Assembly (NCBI GenBank): GCA_050084515.1
Contig: CM114271.1
Location: forward strand, 26,350,001 to 26,414,000
Reading direction: 5' to 3'
From: Blasia pusilla
Taxonomy: Eukaryota
DNA: 64,000 nucleotides
The notes beneath the pieces were generated by a model. The model worked only from the letters and a program-made list of their open reading frames with translations. It was not told the origin of the DNA and ran no database searches. The position numbers and the translations under genes are program-made. The first letter of the stretch is position 1. Every line of letters begins with the position of its first letter. This document shows, piece by piece, positions 11,901 through 23,830 of the stretch.

Positions 11901-14900
11901 CCTGATTTGGGGAACAAAGGTTTATCCACAGCTAAACATGTAAGATAAACTCAGTCACCATATATGTGTTCAGCAGAGGGTTCACTTCTAAGGTAGAAAT
12001 GGTAAGTTTCTCATAGAAAGAAGCAGTGCAGCTTCCTTGGATTGAATCTTTGGACTGCATAAAGGTCTTTGGCTCAGTGAGTAAGATTAAATATTTGTGT
12101 TGCACAGACTCAACACTTTCAAAAATATATAAAAGAAATAGACCCAGGAGGTTTTTGCTGACCAGGAGCTCCATATCCTAGTAGGACACTGGCAGTAACT
12201 GATGTGGGTTTAGTAGAAAACTTACTCGTAGCTCTGTTGCTGAAGTCACCGGTCAAGGCCATTCTGCTGCACTAAAACTGGAAGCTTCACTCAAGTCAAA
12301 TTTCTATCCCCAGTTTTTAATTTTAGCATTTGTTGTTTTATTCTGTGTGATATGTACAGCTGTTTGGTATCTATAGCAGGAGATCCAAGCAGCTACGAAT
12401 CCCCATGTGCTTGCTGTTGTAATTCGGATAAGCTGTCAAGTATGTCACATTCATTTGGTCTGGGCCTCCTAGTCAAGCAAGGTCGCCCTTGAATTATAGG
12501 CACAGTTTGGGTTTGGTCTGGCTATAATGAAGCTCTGGAGATCCTTGATTTGTAGAAGTCCTCGAGTGTAAGAGTGTATTATGCAAGCATCTCATATGGC
12601 AAAGGGATGAAAGTGCCTGAACAGGTAGCTGGATAGAAGGCCATGGCAAGGACATCCCCACCCCCCCCCCCCTGCGTGGAGGTATAACCACATTGTTGTC
12701 AGGACTTCTTAAAGGACTGATCCCCATGGGCTCCTCGGTGGCATTCCCACTCTTACTATGTAATATACTCACCCAACCAGAAGACAAGCACCCCACCAGA
12801 AGGTATTCAGCTTGTCACAAGCCATTGAAAACCTTTTTGAACCATGTTCCTGAAGGTTTGTACTTCAGGATAGTCCTTGATGAGCTGAAGAAACAGAATG
12901 CCACATTTAACGTGGATGTCTTCTTGATGTGAAGCTATAACCACATCATTGTCAGGACATCTTAAAGGCCTTCGCAAATCCCTACAATGGATTTTCCTGT
13001 TAGGCCTTCTTGGAGAAAGTCATTGGATGGTTCGCTGTGGCACTGCTGTTTTGCTTTTTTGGACCTGTTTGGATGTTAGATGGGCTCAGAATGTGGAAGG
13101 TGATGATTTGATGGCCTCCTTGTATGCTCTGCCCCATTTCTATTATTGTTTTGTCAGGATTCCCCTGGCACATCCCAAGTTGTTGAATACCTCGTGTTCA
13201 CCTATCATTGGCATTTTCCTGCTATTTTTGGTAGATGCAAATCTTGGAGTGGGGGAACCACATGATTGAATTTGATCGGAATAGTATATATATTGGTAGT
13301 AACAAAGCTATGACTAACTATGAAAAGGTAGTTGTGTTGATCTCTCAAAATTGTATTTTAATAACTTGGGTGAAAAAGGGGAAATTCGAGAAGCTGATAA
13401 ATAGTCGTGGGACAGACATCTCGAAAGAGGAATTGAGAGGGTTTAAGTGAAGTTTTGTCTTTCTCTGTCCAGTGCTGTCGAGTGACTCATTCACCCTTAA
13501 CTAATGCGGGGAACTTCTGTATCAGTGGGCCTTACTTGTACATCATGTTAAGGTCCTTGTGCTTGAGTGCTATGTAAGTGGCATGTTTCAATTTTGCCTG
13601 GTTTAAGATGAAGCGTCTGTACTTCCTTCCCTTTGTTATCAATCAGAATTTATGTGCATGTACAGTTTTCAGTGTACTCAGTGTTTTTGGGTTAGGTTGA
13701 GAGAAGGATGTCTGATAGGGATTCTTGCTCTTTTTGTATCTTTCTCTGGTGTGGCGTTTGGCTACATTGAGACACTCGTTGCAAGGATGATTTTCCTTGC
13801 TTTCTGGCATTTAAATACAATGTTTGGGTTTACGCTAGAATTTCTTGTGTTGCTGAATTTTCTTCTGCATCTCAAAATAGAAGTCTTTGCTGAAGGTAAT
13901 GGAGTGACCAGTTCCTAACAGGATGAGGCACAGCTAGACTGGAGAAAATCACAAATCTATTTGTTTCAGTCCTGTCCATTCCATGTGAGTGTATTTGGCA
14001 ACAAAGTAGATTGAGAGTTTGCCTACCAAATATCTCTGGTACTAGATGACGTACCCGACACATCTACCAATCAGAGTGGTTGATGTGGTTTTCTAGAAAA
14101 CAAGGATCTTTCTTGATTGGAAAATGGGCACCTTAAGGAAAGATGTCTCTCTTTATCCGTTACATCATTATTGAAGAAGTGTTGAGCCATATAATTACTA
14201 AGCTGTCATTGGCATGTCTTGCACATGAAGGACTACTTCCATGTTTGTTAATCTATGGCAAAATTTATCTTCTGCACCTTGAGATGTTGTTTGAGCTTTG
14301 TCTGTTTTTGAAACAAATGCTGTCAGAGGCCAGGAAACTTTCCCTTTCACTGATGGTTTTTTTTGCACATTTCAGAGGACAAGCAAGGACCTGATGGTTT
14401 GGCAGAACGGGGTTGTTACATTCCAACGCAGAGGAGAACCCCTGGATCATCTTCCACATCAGTGGAGGACTCTGATGATCAATCAGGCTCCTTAGGGACC
14501 AATCTGCAGTTGAATCAGGCAAAAAGCCCCTGGCAAGGAATGGGGCGAGTTGAGGATTCTACAAGTTTGGCATGCCAGGTGGCTTGTGGGGAGAGGCAAG
14601 CATTTCTCTCCTCTCCGACGGCAGATGGATTGCTTATGTTGTTGCAGAGTCCTAAGGGGCAAATTCCAGGTGCAGGAGTGCATCAGTGTATGATGGAAGG
14701 GTCAGGGTCATTGGGACCTGGCCTTACGCTTGCCTCATCGACGGGTCCAGCCAGTGTGCTTTCGGGCCTGGAAGGCTCAAACTCACCAAGCGTTTCACGA
14801 ATATCGGATTCTGGGCGTGCTCTCTCTCTTCTGTCAACTCAGGCTTGGGGCTCCAGAGGAGGGACCCCAGGCTCAGTGTCATTAGATCTGTCCACGAGGT

Positions 14901-15346
14901 CAGATGTGACACTAGAGCAGCTTATCTCGGAGAATTCTGGGGCCCCATTTTCTCCAAGACGGCAGCGATCACAGTTTCATTCAACAGCATCCACCAATGC
15001 TGAGAAGCCATTTCCTCTGCTGCCCCCTAGCTCTACTGCAGATTTAGGGATCTCTACAAATGTCAGAGTGGAGAATAGGGATCAACATGGGGATTTCATG
15101 CCTGGATTAGGTCTGATGGGAAGTTTTGAAAGTCACTCGATGCTTGCATTGATGCAAGGACAGCCTGACTTCCATGGGGTTCAGGGTTCAGGCAGTACTT
15201 CACATCGTCCAACAATAGACCTCATGCAGCTTCCTTCTCCTCAATCTCACAATAGTAGCAACCATGCCTCAAGTGGGCAATTTCCCCAGTTCTCTACTTT
15301 GAGACCATTTGAAGCCTCTCTCTTTGAGTCACAGCATATGTTGTAG
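8009..15346 (+). CDS. SPL: SBP-box transcription factor, miR156/529-targeted class (gene A; probable orthologue of Marchantia MpSPL2); join(8009..8988,10782..10918,14376..15346), ~695 aa
   Basis: SBP domain split at the conserved intron: [28 protein letters not shown]...[38 protein letters not shown]. Upstream WDWEN and [14 protein letters not shown] motifs; RALSLLS encoded by the miRNA site. Spliced length 2088 nt, in frame, ends TAG. First in-frame ATG is 8009; the ORF-track start at 7901 is GTG. Confidence 0.93.
10782..10918 (+). CDS. SPL: SPL gene A exon 2 (second part of the SBP domain and NLS)
   Basis: Acceptor GGTCAG|T TTT CAT. 3' end placed at CAC G|GCGAGT (GC donor, phase 1). Alternative phase-1 GT donors at 10952 and 10958. 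Confidence 0.85.
12683..12968. repeat. Imperfect 33-bp direct repeat in intron 2 of gene A
   Basis: TATAACCACATTGTTGTCAGGACTTCTTAAAGG (12683-12715) and TATAACCACATCATTGTCAGGACATCTTAAAGG (12936-12968), preceded by a poly-C run. Confidence 0.75.
14376..15346 (+). CDS. SPL: SPL gene A exon 3 (S/G-rich C-terminal region containing the miRNA site)
   Basis: T-tract acceptor TTTTTTTTGCACATTTCAG|AG GAC AAG, then an open frame of ~320 codons to TAG at 15344-15346. Confidence 0.9.
14813..14837 (+). promoter_or_regulatory. miR156/miR529 target site in the coding sequence
   Basis: GGGCGTGCTCTCTCTCTTCTGTCAA. Core 14817-14836 GTGCTCTCTCTCTTCTGTCA is the standard SPL miR156 response element; the 5' extension overlaps the offset miR529 register. 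Confidence 0.95.
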
Positions 15347-17059
15347 ACTTTGGAAACACTTTGCATTTGTCGGAGACAGATCTCATTATCTGTTTCTTGG
15401 TTTTCATCCAGTTCTACTGATTGCTGAGATTGAGTTCTGAGTGTCGCAAAGTAGGAGGTGCTGGGGAAAGTCTATCTGTGCCACCCATCTGTACCGAAAG
15501 GTGATCCTCTTGATAGACTAAGGGACAACTAGCAAACTAAAGGTACTGGGTTGAAGAGTGTCGCACTCCTCAACCCTGACATCTTCTCTTATGATTCCCA
15601 TGACCAATGAAATGCTGATCTCCTGGGGTTCTCTGGTGGTGAGCTTGAGTGGGTGACAAGGATATATGTTCCTTACTGGCCCTGTAATCTGCGTAGTTCC
15701 AATCTAATGTCCAGCAAGAGCAGATCTGGATTGAAGTGGCACTTTCTAGACATACCATCGAGATGATGGGTGTGGTGCCCTGCAGAGGATCCTATCGTGT
15801 TGATTTTTGCATTTTTTTCTCACATTCACATGGAACAAAAAGTTTACCCTTGAAACAAAAGTTAACCCTGCGTGGGCCTGGCATGCAAATGTATATTGCT
15901 CTGGGCATTCTCCATGGACTTAGCCTTGATTCGAGGAAACTCCCTTGCGAACAGTATTTTGACTTGATGGATCGGATTCTAGCCTGCTCCAATTATGCAA
16001 AATTTTGCGTTTTCCACAGAACATGTGCAGTAATTGCATACTAGAAGCCATAACTGTAATTGTGATAGTGAGCTCACTTAAGTATTGAATCAATTCACCA
16101 GACCACAGGCTCCTGATTGTGGCCTACTATTACTAATTACTGGAGTTTTTGGAGGTGCAAACTATAGATGTGATCACATAAATATTCCCTGGGATTCTTT
16201 GTGTTTCTGCTCGTGAGGGTGGTGGATGCAATTGCATTGTATTGATAAAGTCTCCAGACCTAATCTCCAAATTTTTTTTGTGCCTGTCTTCTCTCCGCCA
16301 AGTTCTACCCGACACGTCATTGCCTGAAACAGGCCGTACTTGCCCAGAATTGCTTTTTCAGGAATGGCCTCTGCCCAGATCCGGTTCGGAACACTCCATC
16401 TTCGCAACTACTCGCCGCCGCCCATTAAGATTCGCTTCAGGAGCTACTTATGGGGAGCTTTCGCCTGGAGCTGGCCAAGCATGACCACTGATTTTGACCA
16501 TGTAGGCGTTCGCAGGATCCGGTGATTACACTATGGATCAGTTTTCTTTCCGAAAAGACTCAGCAGATAGTAAAAGGAGAAATCAGCAGTGTATCCACGA
16601 GAAAGTGGACATTTCTACCAACTGAACATTTTATCGCTCACACTTATTCAAAGCAATTGGAAAAGGTCACGAAATGAGTAGGAGCCGTTCGAAACGTAGC
16701 AGGACATGGGCGGCATATTGTGAAGAATCCTCTCCTTGCTCCTTTCTATCATCGAGGAGCCTTCTTTTTGTTAAACGTCGAGGACGGCGGTGGCGAGAGT
16801 CTAGGACTTAGCAGGAGATGTCGACGTGTCCACTCTTCTTTCCGACCTCTATCCTTCGCAACTATGTGGCGCATGGCAGTTATGCGCCTTATGTCGACAC
16901 TTGTCTCGTAGGCCTTCCTAAAGCGGTCCGTGATGGGCCCATGAGTTGACGACATCGATGGACACACGAACTTTTATGGCTCCAAGTAGTGGGCCACCAA
17001 ATGCATTCTTCTGGGAGGATCCTATGGCTGCACTCCACCTGTCCTAACACCTCTGAAAC

Positions 17060-18700
17060 GCAGATCAGATTGTGGGTCCCTAAGGGATGTAGTCTTAAAG
17101 GTTGTGGTCCCGGGACATATACGTCTTTTGAAACTCGGGGAATAAGAGAGAAGATGGCCCCACGTCAACTTTTCTGAAAGAATCCTCCAAAATGACATAA
17201 ATCTTGTGGTTCCACGACAAATGTTTCCCTAGGAATGTAGGAAGGCCGTATCAACACTACATCAGAGCGGTGGGTCCCACAAGATAGCGATCTATGAAGA
17301 TCTCCATGGAAACAGGGACAAACACGACTTGACTTGTGGCTTTATTTTCCTTTTTATTATCTTTATCTTTTATTTTTCTTTCCATGGGGGTCCGAGAAAT
17401 CGTCGAAAATGAGCTGAGAACTTGGGGTCCCACCTCCGTTTTAAATTAAATTTAAGCCCCTTTTTTCTGTTTGTTTTGCTTTATACATGGGAGTCCATGA
17501 AATCCTAGAAAATGGACTGGGAAGTTGGGGCCCCACCACAAATGTTTTTCCCACAGGGATGCATGAAATCGTAGAAAGTGGGCTCGAACTTGCGGTCCCA
17601 CCCGAAGTATTTTTCCTTAAGAGTCCACGAAATCGTGGAAATGGAGTCAAACTTGCGGTCCCACCACAAATTTTCATACAACAGTTGAGTATCTCAAGGG
17701 TTTGTTGAGACTTGTGGTCCCATGAGAAAGAGATATCTCTATAAGAGCCCACATGAAATATTTCCATAAGATCGTCTTTCATAACATTCGATGAAACGAA
17801 GAGACATCATGATTTAAAACTAGTGGTCCCACACAAAATAGTTCTATATGAGTCCATCAAGTGGGAGACAAGTGACTTCTTACTCATGGGTCCCACAAGG
17901 AAAACATTTCTCCATACTTTTTTCTTAGAAGTGAAATATCCACTTTATTATTAGGAGTGCATGAATGTAAGTGAATAGTGGTCCCAACAAAAAATATTTG
18001 TATGAGAGTCCATGAAATTAGAAACATCTTCTCTTGAAATTTTGTGGTCCCACAATAAATCTTTCTACTAAGGATCCACTTTATTTTATAATAAAGTGGA
18101 TATATATAATTCGTGAAGTGATAGACAACATAAATTAAAAGTTTTGGTCCCATAAGAAATCTTTCTACAAGAATGAAGGTGATGAGAGAAGCCATGAGTG
18201 AAAACTTGTCATCCCAAAATAAATCTATACTATAATATGAGGGGAAGGGGGTTACTTTTTTTGGGTACTCCTACCGTACAAAAATTGAAGTCCTTGAAAA
18301 GGAAAGTTCATTTGAAAATAGTAGGATCACATTTCTTAAGATTACATGGGTTCTCTTTATGCATGCAGTTTTTGTTTAATGATTGGACCTCCTCTACCAT
18401 CCATACAAACATTGGAGCTTCAACACGAGTTGGTAGTTCTCTCGTACAATTGAAGAGTACATTTGAAGGTTAGAGTACAATTTAGAGATTTTAGAGCTTC
18501 CGATATATGTGGCGGAGTTGTTGTAAGAATATTTGTATGGACCTAGGCTCTTATTTAATGGTGTTTTAAAGTGGTAAAACATGGCAGGAACAAATTTATG
18601 GCAATTCATTGCACGGGTGCTCTTAGTAGTGTTTCTTTAAGAAGCATAGGAGACAAGATAAATTCAAAATTTTAGTCCCATAAAAAATTCTTTTATTAGT
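17060..18700. repeat. Degenerate minisatellite, ~60-65 bp unit with core CTTGTGGTCCCAC
   Basis: Core variants at ~17102, 17203, 17270, 17421, 17525, 17589, 17652, 17711, 17820, 17885, 17977, 18041, 18142, 18206 and 18670; ~59-64 bp spacing across 17525-17711. Confidence 0.8.
18224..18629 (+). mobile_element. Short non-autonomous Helitron
   Basis: 5' A|TCTATACTATAATA; 3' decayed hairpin ...TTGCACGGGTGCTCTTAGTAG|T (CTAG-like end); inserted between A and T with no TSD; removing it restores a minisatellite unit. Confidence 0.7.
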
Positions 18701-18999
18701 CTCCATTTAAGGAGACAGTTAAGTCTCCTTAAATGGAGATAAAGAACTTCCCTTATTGGTAGGTAAATGAACTTATGTTTTCTCTAGTCTAAAATATTCT
18801 TATGAGTCTTCTTGAACTTGCCTTACAAAATACACATCATTATTTGTCTTACATCTCTTTCCATCATGTCCCTTTGTCCACCTCCCTTTTGCACATCCCA
18901 TATTTTTGGGGGCCTACTCTCCTTGAACGTCAATCTTTAGTGTTGCGGAAGCAAGGGCTTAGTAGGACACGCTCTCAGTGACTCATTCCATGAGTCATG

Positions 19000-19770
19000 A
19001 TCCTTATCATCCAAACTTGAATATTCTACAAGATGTCGCCTATTACTTTCCTGTCCTGAGGCGAACATCTACTGATATTTTTGATAATGGAAGTCTCACA
19101 CTACGTGTAAATGCATGTGTGCGTGAGAGTTTCCTCACGGACAATATCCTTGGATCCAAACCTAACTATAGAAACTGGTTTGTTTCCTTATCTACGTGGG
19201 CACTTTGTACGGAAATGAACATTTTCTGAAGATATCCGCAATCGCTCTAGGCAGTTATTTAGTGTTTTTTCATTACATCGGCCTTATGCCCTTCTGATGC
19301 ACCAACTACGTCAAGCAATTCAGTTATGTTTGAATAATCAAAGTTTTATACTCAATAGAGAGTTAGATAGTGTGCGAAAATAGAAACCCTATCTTAAAGA
19401 GGAAGACTTATATTACCATCTTTGAAAATATTTCGTAAGCCCACAATTTCCAAGGAGCCTTGCATGGCATAGGAGACACCTGAAAGACTTGAAAGCCATT
19501 GTTCATAAATGGGGTATGCCCCAATTTTTTCCTCTCCCTAACATCTGATGAGGTATTTGAAAGTCGTTGGCCTGAGTTCAAAGACATTGACCTCCTACTT
19601 CAGAAATTGAATCCAAAATTCACATGGCAAGATGCTCCATCTGAGTGTGCACAACTCTTCCACACTTGGTTGCACTCCTTCTTATGTCGATTTATATTTA
19701 GTGGTCCATGCCTGCTCGGTTGTGTTCAAAACTATTTACTTCGCTATGAGCTACAAGGTACATTATTATA
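19000..19770 (+). mobile_element. Helitron-like Rep (helitron_like_N-type) fragment, second family, copy 1
   Basis: PQFPRSLAWHRRHLKDLKAIVHKWGMPQF/FFLSLTSDEVFESRWPEF...FTWQDAPSECAQLFH...YLLRYELQG (19441-19758, one frameshift). Resembles the Rep motif 1 to motif 2 region. Confidence 0.7.
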
Positions 19771-20334
19771 TCTTCTCGTTTGGACATGATTCCCATAAAC
19801 TTTTGGACGTCACAATGATTCTCATCAGATTGAATATGATTTCGATCATAATTCTTGTGTTTCCAAATGCTTTGCATACATTTTGAGATCAGTCTACTAT
19901 TTGCAACAATTACTACGATAGTTTCCATCAAATTTGCTTTCTCTGTGTTCTTAGGCATATATATCTACTTTCTCTTCCAGGATGCCACTAGGCAAGATAC
20001 ACTATATGCAAACTTATACTTTTGACAACTTTATACCTCAATGCATATCATTGAAGGATTTATGCTATTTTAAGTTTACTACTCCAGTATTCAATAACAT
20101 ACTCATGGTTCTAAATCCTATTTCTTATTGTACTTTATAATCCAGCCTTCAAAAGTTGATTCACATTTTCTATACATTGTTTCATTTCAATCATCATTAT
20201 TCTTTCAATTTATATACTCTACTTTCAACACCGTATTGACAATCCATAAATCTTGTTCTATTATGCATACTTTTATACATAGTTTCTTTCCAATTAATGC
20301 AATAATGTTGCTGATTATCTTGTCTTTTTTGCAG

Positions 20335-20751
20335 AGGATTGGTTTGCAAGCTCGGCGTCCATCAAGATGTGGACCATTTCATCAAGCCTGTACTAGTCCT
20401 TCCACTTCAAGGGTTCAATACAATGACACTCCTGTGTCATTTCAACATGACACAGATAACTCATCATCTGACTTTGCTGATCAGCATGATTCAGAAGCAG
20501 CTGAGCATCTTGAAGACCAAATTCTGAAGATGTCAAATGAGATAGAACATCTCAACAACTTGCTGAATTCTGCTCTAGAAGATAGTCAAGATTAGTACTC
20601 TGAAGTTCAGTGCATTAAGAAGCATTTGAAAAAATCCAAAGACCAATTCTCTGATTTTGCAAAGGACATACGTCCTCTACTAGAGAACAATCCTAAGTTG
20701 GCACTCCAGTTAGCTTTGATCCAATCCATGTTGCGTGACTATAGAGGATAA
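20335..20751 (+). pseudogene. Orphan exon-like fragment encoding an acidic then coiled-coil-like peptide, one internal stop
   Basis: Acceptor TCTTTTTTGCAG at 20334; ...AEHLEDQILKMSNEIEHLNNLLNSALEDSQD*YSEVQCIKKHLKKSKDQF...; probably TE accessory or captured sequence. Confidence 0.4.
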
Positions 20752-20835
20752 AATCAGTAGTGTAGAGATGCAGTGCCAATACACCACCAAGCAGATACTC
20801 GTGTACCTTCTTACTAGAGTACAAAAGTGCTCCGA

Positions 20836-21045
20836 TTGCCTACTCAAACACACACTAGCAGATTTTGAATTGCCTTCCTAACACTACAAGGCTAAACTTT
20901 GATTTCCTACTGAAACATACACTTGCAGATTTTGAATTGCCTTCCTAACACTATAAGGCTTAACTCTGAATGCCTACTGAAACATATACTTGCAGATTTT
21001 GAATTGCCTTACTATCACTATAAGGCTAAACTCTGACCTCCTCAA
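20836..21045. repeat. Tandem repeat, 67-bp unit x ~3
   Basis: CAGATTTTGAATTGCCTT recurs at 20859, 20926 and 20993. Confidence 0.92.
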
Positions 21046-21979
21046 AATTTTAATTTCTCCTTCACTTCCTTACAAATATTTTTTGAGTTCTTTTGAAATA
21101 CATTCAACCTTTCTTGCTGACTTTGGTTCTCTTGCAATTCATTGGATCATTACAAAGTTTTATTTCTTTGAATAATTTGCATTTGATATTTATTTCAATG
21201 TATAACTGTCAAATATTCAGTAAAATTGAAAAGCCCCATCAGATCAATGATAAACTATTCTTCCAATAAATTTCAATAATTTTGCAAAACATACTTCACA
21301 CTATGCCAATATTCTTAAGAAATATACATATCATCATCACAATTACAATTAAACTTCAATTAAACTTCACTCAGTCCTAAAACTCATTCCAAACTCTGCA
21401 TAATATCTATTTTTTCTCCATGATCATATCTCCATAATGGTCCAAGATATTTTCAATGCACTGCACAGACTCTCTATCTTTTGTCGAAACCTTGTGGGAC
21501 GGAATAATATCCCAAGAAATATCTTGCAAAAATTTATGATATAACACCCACACGATCTGCCTATTCAGGCCGCATACTTGTTGGAGTATTGCCCTTCAAA
21601 CCCAAGCCTCCAAGATGGTGACATATGGTCACAAGCCATCCCAACATACAAAATCTATTGCTTACTAACACAAAACGTAAAGAACCTTCCAAGAAGGTCT
21701 AAAGAAATCCTCTAATTCAACGATGACATGTATACATTTGTGATAAAGGAAGATAATCGTATTCTCTCCACTTTCTACCCCAAATATAGCCCTTATATTG
21801 GGCCCCATTGTGATACTCTCTACTCTCACTTGACTAGAAGTTTAACCAACGCGACAAATACTATACCTATACAACAAGATTTTATGGAAACATTGACCTT
21901 GTATTACTCCTCCCTATTTGCTTCTACCATCTTGTCCTAACATATTATAGTCCTCCCCTCAAGGTTGCTTATGGAAATT

Positions 21980-22290
21980 TTTTGGGCCCGTGGTCATGTC
22001 CATGTGAGTGGACTTACGTCCGTCTTATAGAAGGACTTGTCCATGTGAGCCATATCTCATGCTTCTTTCTCATCCTCCCACTTGCCTTTGTGATCCCCAC
22101 TTTCTTGTTTCTTCTTCCTCCCATCTCCATTCTCTCCCCCCTTATTTCCCGGCCCACCCTTGCCTTGCCTTCCATCATTAATTATAAGTGCGGGCCCCAC
22201 ATTTTGCAATCCATATTCATGGAAATATCTAAAATTTTCCGTCCATGTCCGTCCTAGGGATGGACGTGTCCCTTTTTGTACAACCATGCC
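21980..22290. repeat. Dispersed non-coding repeat (MITE-like), copy 1
   Basis: GTGGACTTACGTCCGTCTTATAGAAGGA...GCTTCTTTCTCAT...CTTGCCTTTGTG aligns with 40540-40985; an inverted fragment lies at ~23470-23535. Confidence 0.75.
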
Positions 22291-23544
22291 TCTCCTTCCT
22301 CTCCCGTATTATTACTTTAGTCCCCACCCGAGCATCTTTTCCCTAGCCTAAGTGGGAGTAGGAGCTTGGGCCAACAGGGAGGCCATTTTCTTGGGGGCAC
22401 CAAGGTGGGGGGATGGGGGGTTGGTCAAATTTTCACTAGCAGGATAAGATGCAAAAAGTTCAAAATTTTGAGAAAAGAATCCCATAGAGACAAGTTTACA
22501 TACTAGGAGGCCACATGCAATCTATATTAATTGTGATAACCACCAATTCCCTAGCGTATTGAACATCTTTCATATAACAATTATTCTTGAAAAGGCTCAT
22601 CCAAGGATGATGTCAGACCTAGCATGCCCCACCTTTGAGACTAACCATCATCCACCTAAATCGTGGTTGCACCTCTATTCGGATCATTTACCTACAATTA
22701 TGAAATCTTTGCCAAAAATATTCATCCATGACCACTTCTCAAAATGGTTACATTTGTCGGTGATGCCATGCCAATCGACGAGTATGTTGAGATGAGTCCA
22801 ATGGTGTTTTCTCATAACTCAGTATTAACTCCCCTTATAAAGTCACCACTATATTAATACAAATCTTATGAGAGCGATCTAAAAGTCTTACCGTCTCCAT
22901 CAAATACTCTAACACACTCTATGTGGCATCTAATGACACCAACGGAAAAAATCCCATTATTCATGTGTTATTACCAAATTTGGCTGCAAAAATATGTCTA
23001 ATGCTTTCTTATTATAAGAAGCTACCATCCAAACATATCTTACTCCTTGCTTGTTTTCCATTGTAACATAAAAAAGAATCATATCCAACTCTAATGAATC
23101 CATGAATGAACCTATCAAACGTGCAACCTTTGGCTAAGCACTTGTGCAGTATGCAAGAGAATGAGCTTAAATGTTGGTAGGAGGAGAATAAGCTCACGTC
23201 ATGAGGAATTCATTTTATTTCAGTAGTGGGGTTTAAATTACGGGTGGTTTAATTTGGTAGTGGGGTTTTCATTTTTTTTCAGTAATGGGATTTAAGTTTA
23301 TGGTAGTTCAATTCGAAAGTGGGGATATTACATGAGTGGGTCCTTTATTTTTGTCACGTTAGAGGTCATTACAATCCATAAAGTAGGAGGAAGTGGTGGA
23401 GTGGGTGTTTAATGACCTACATCCCTTCCTCACCCCCTTCCTAAGCAACAAATTTGAAGTCTAGGCTTGCACACACATGTCCATACTACGGACGGACATA
23501 AGTTTGTGGATACAAACTTTGTTCGTATACAACGTAAAAAGTTC

Positions 23545-23830
23545 AAGGCTCAAGGCCCAAGGCCCACCATGCGGAGGCTGCGGGCCCTGTGCGGGCTCAA
23601 CTGCGGGCATGAACTCGCCTTATAAGAGCCAAGCTTGCCATGCGGGCCTGCCACAGGCTGCGCACGGGCGAAAAGACGGGTGCAAGCTCGGCTGGCCCGG
23701 TTCTATGTGAAGGTCTCAACGGGCTCATGGGTGAGCTCATGTGGGGACCACAGATACCCGAGCCCATACGGACTTTGTCAGTGTGCGATCCTGCTCGCAA
23801 GAGACTTGCATGCGGTGCACTCACAAAGTA
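23545..23830. repeat. GC-rich patch of short TGCGGG/GGGCC(C)/GAGCCC repeats, probably a DNA-transposon subterminal region
   Basis: Isolated GC-rich block in AT-rich DNA with repeated TGCGGG, GGCCC and GGGCTCA. Confidence 0.4.

Noticed and set aside
17060-18700. CRISPR-like repeat-spacer array
   Set aside because: Eukaryotic context, degenerate units, related 'spacers' and no cas genes; it is a minisatellite.
22500-23200. Possible Ulp1-like protease remnant (minus-strand WMNIFGKDFIIV)
   Set aside because: One short motif with no catalytic residues traceable.
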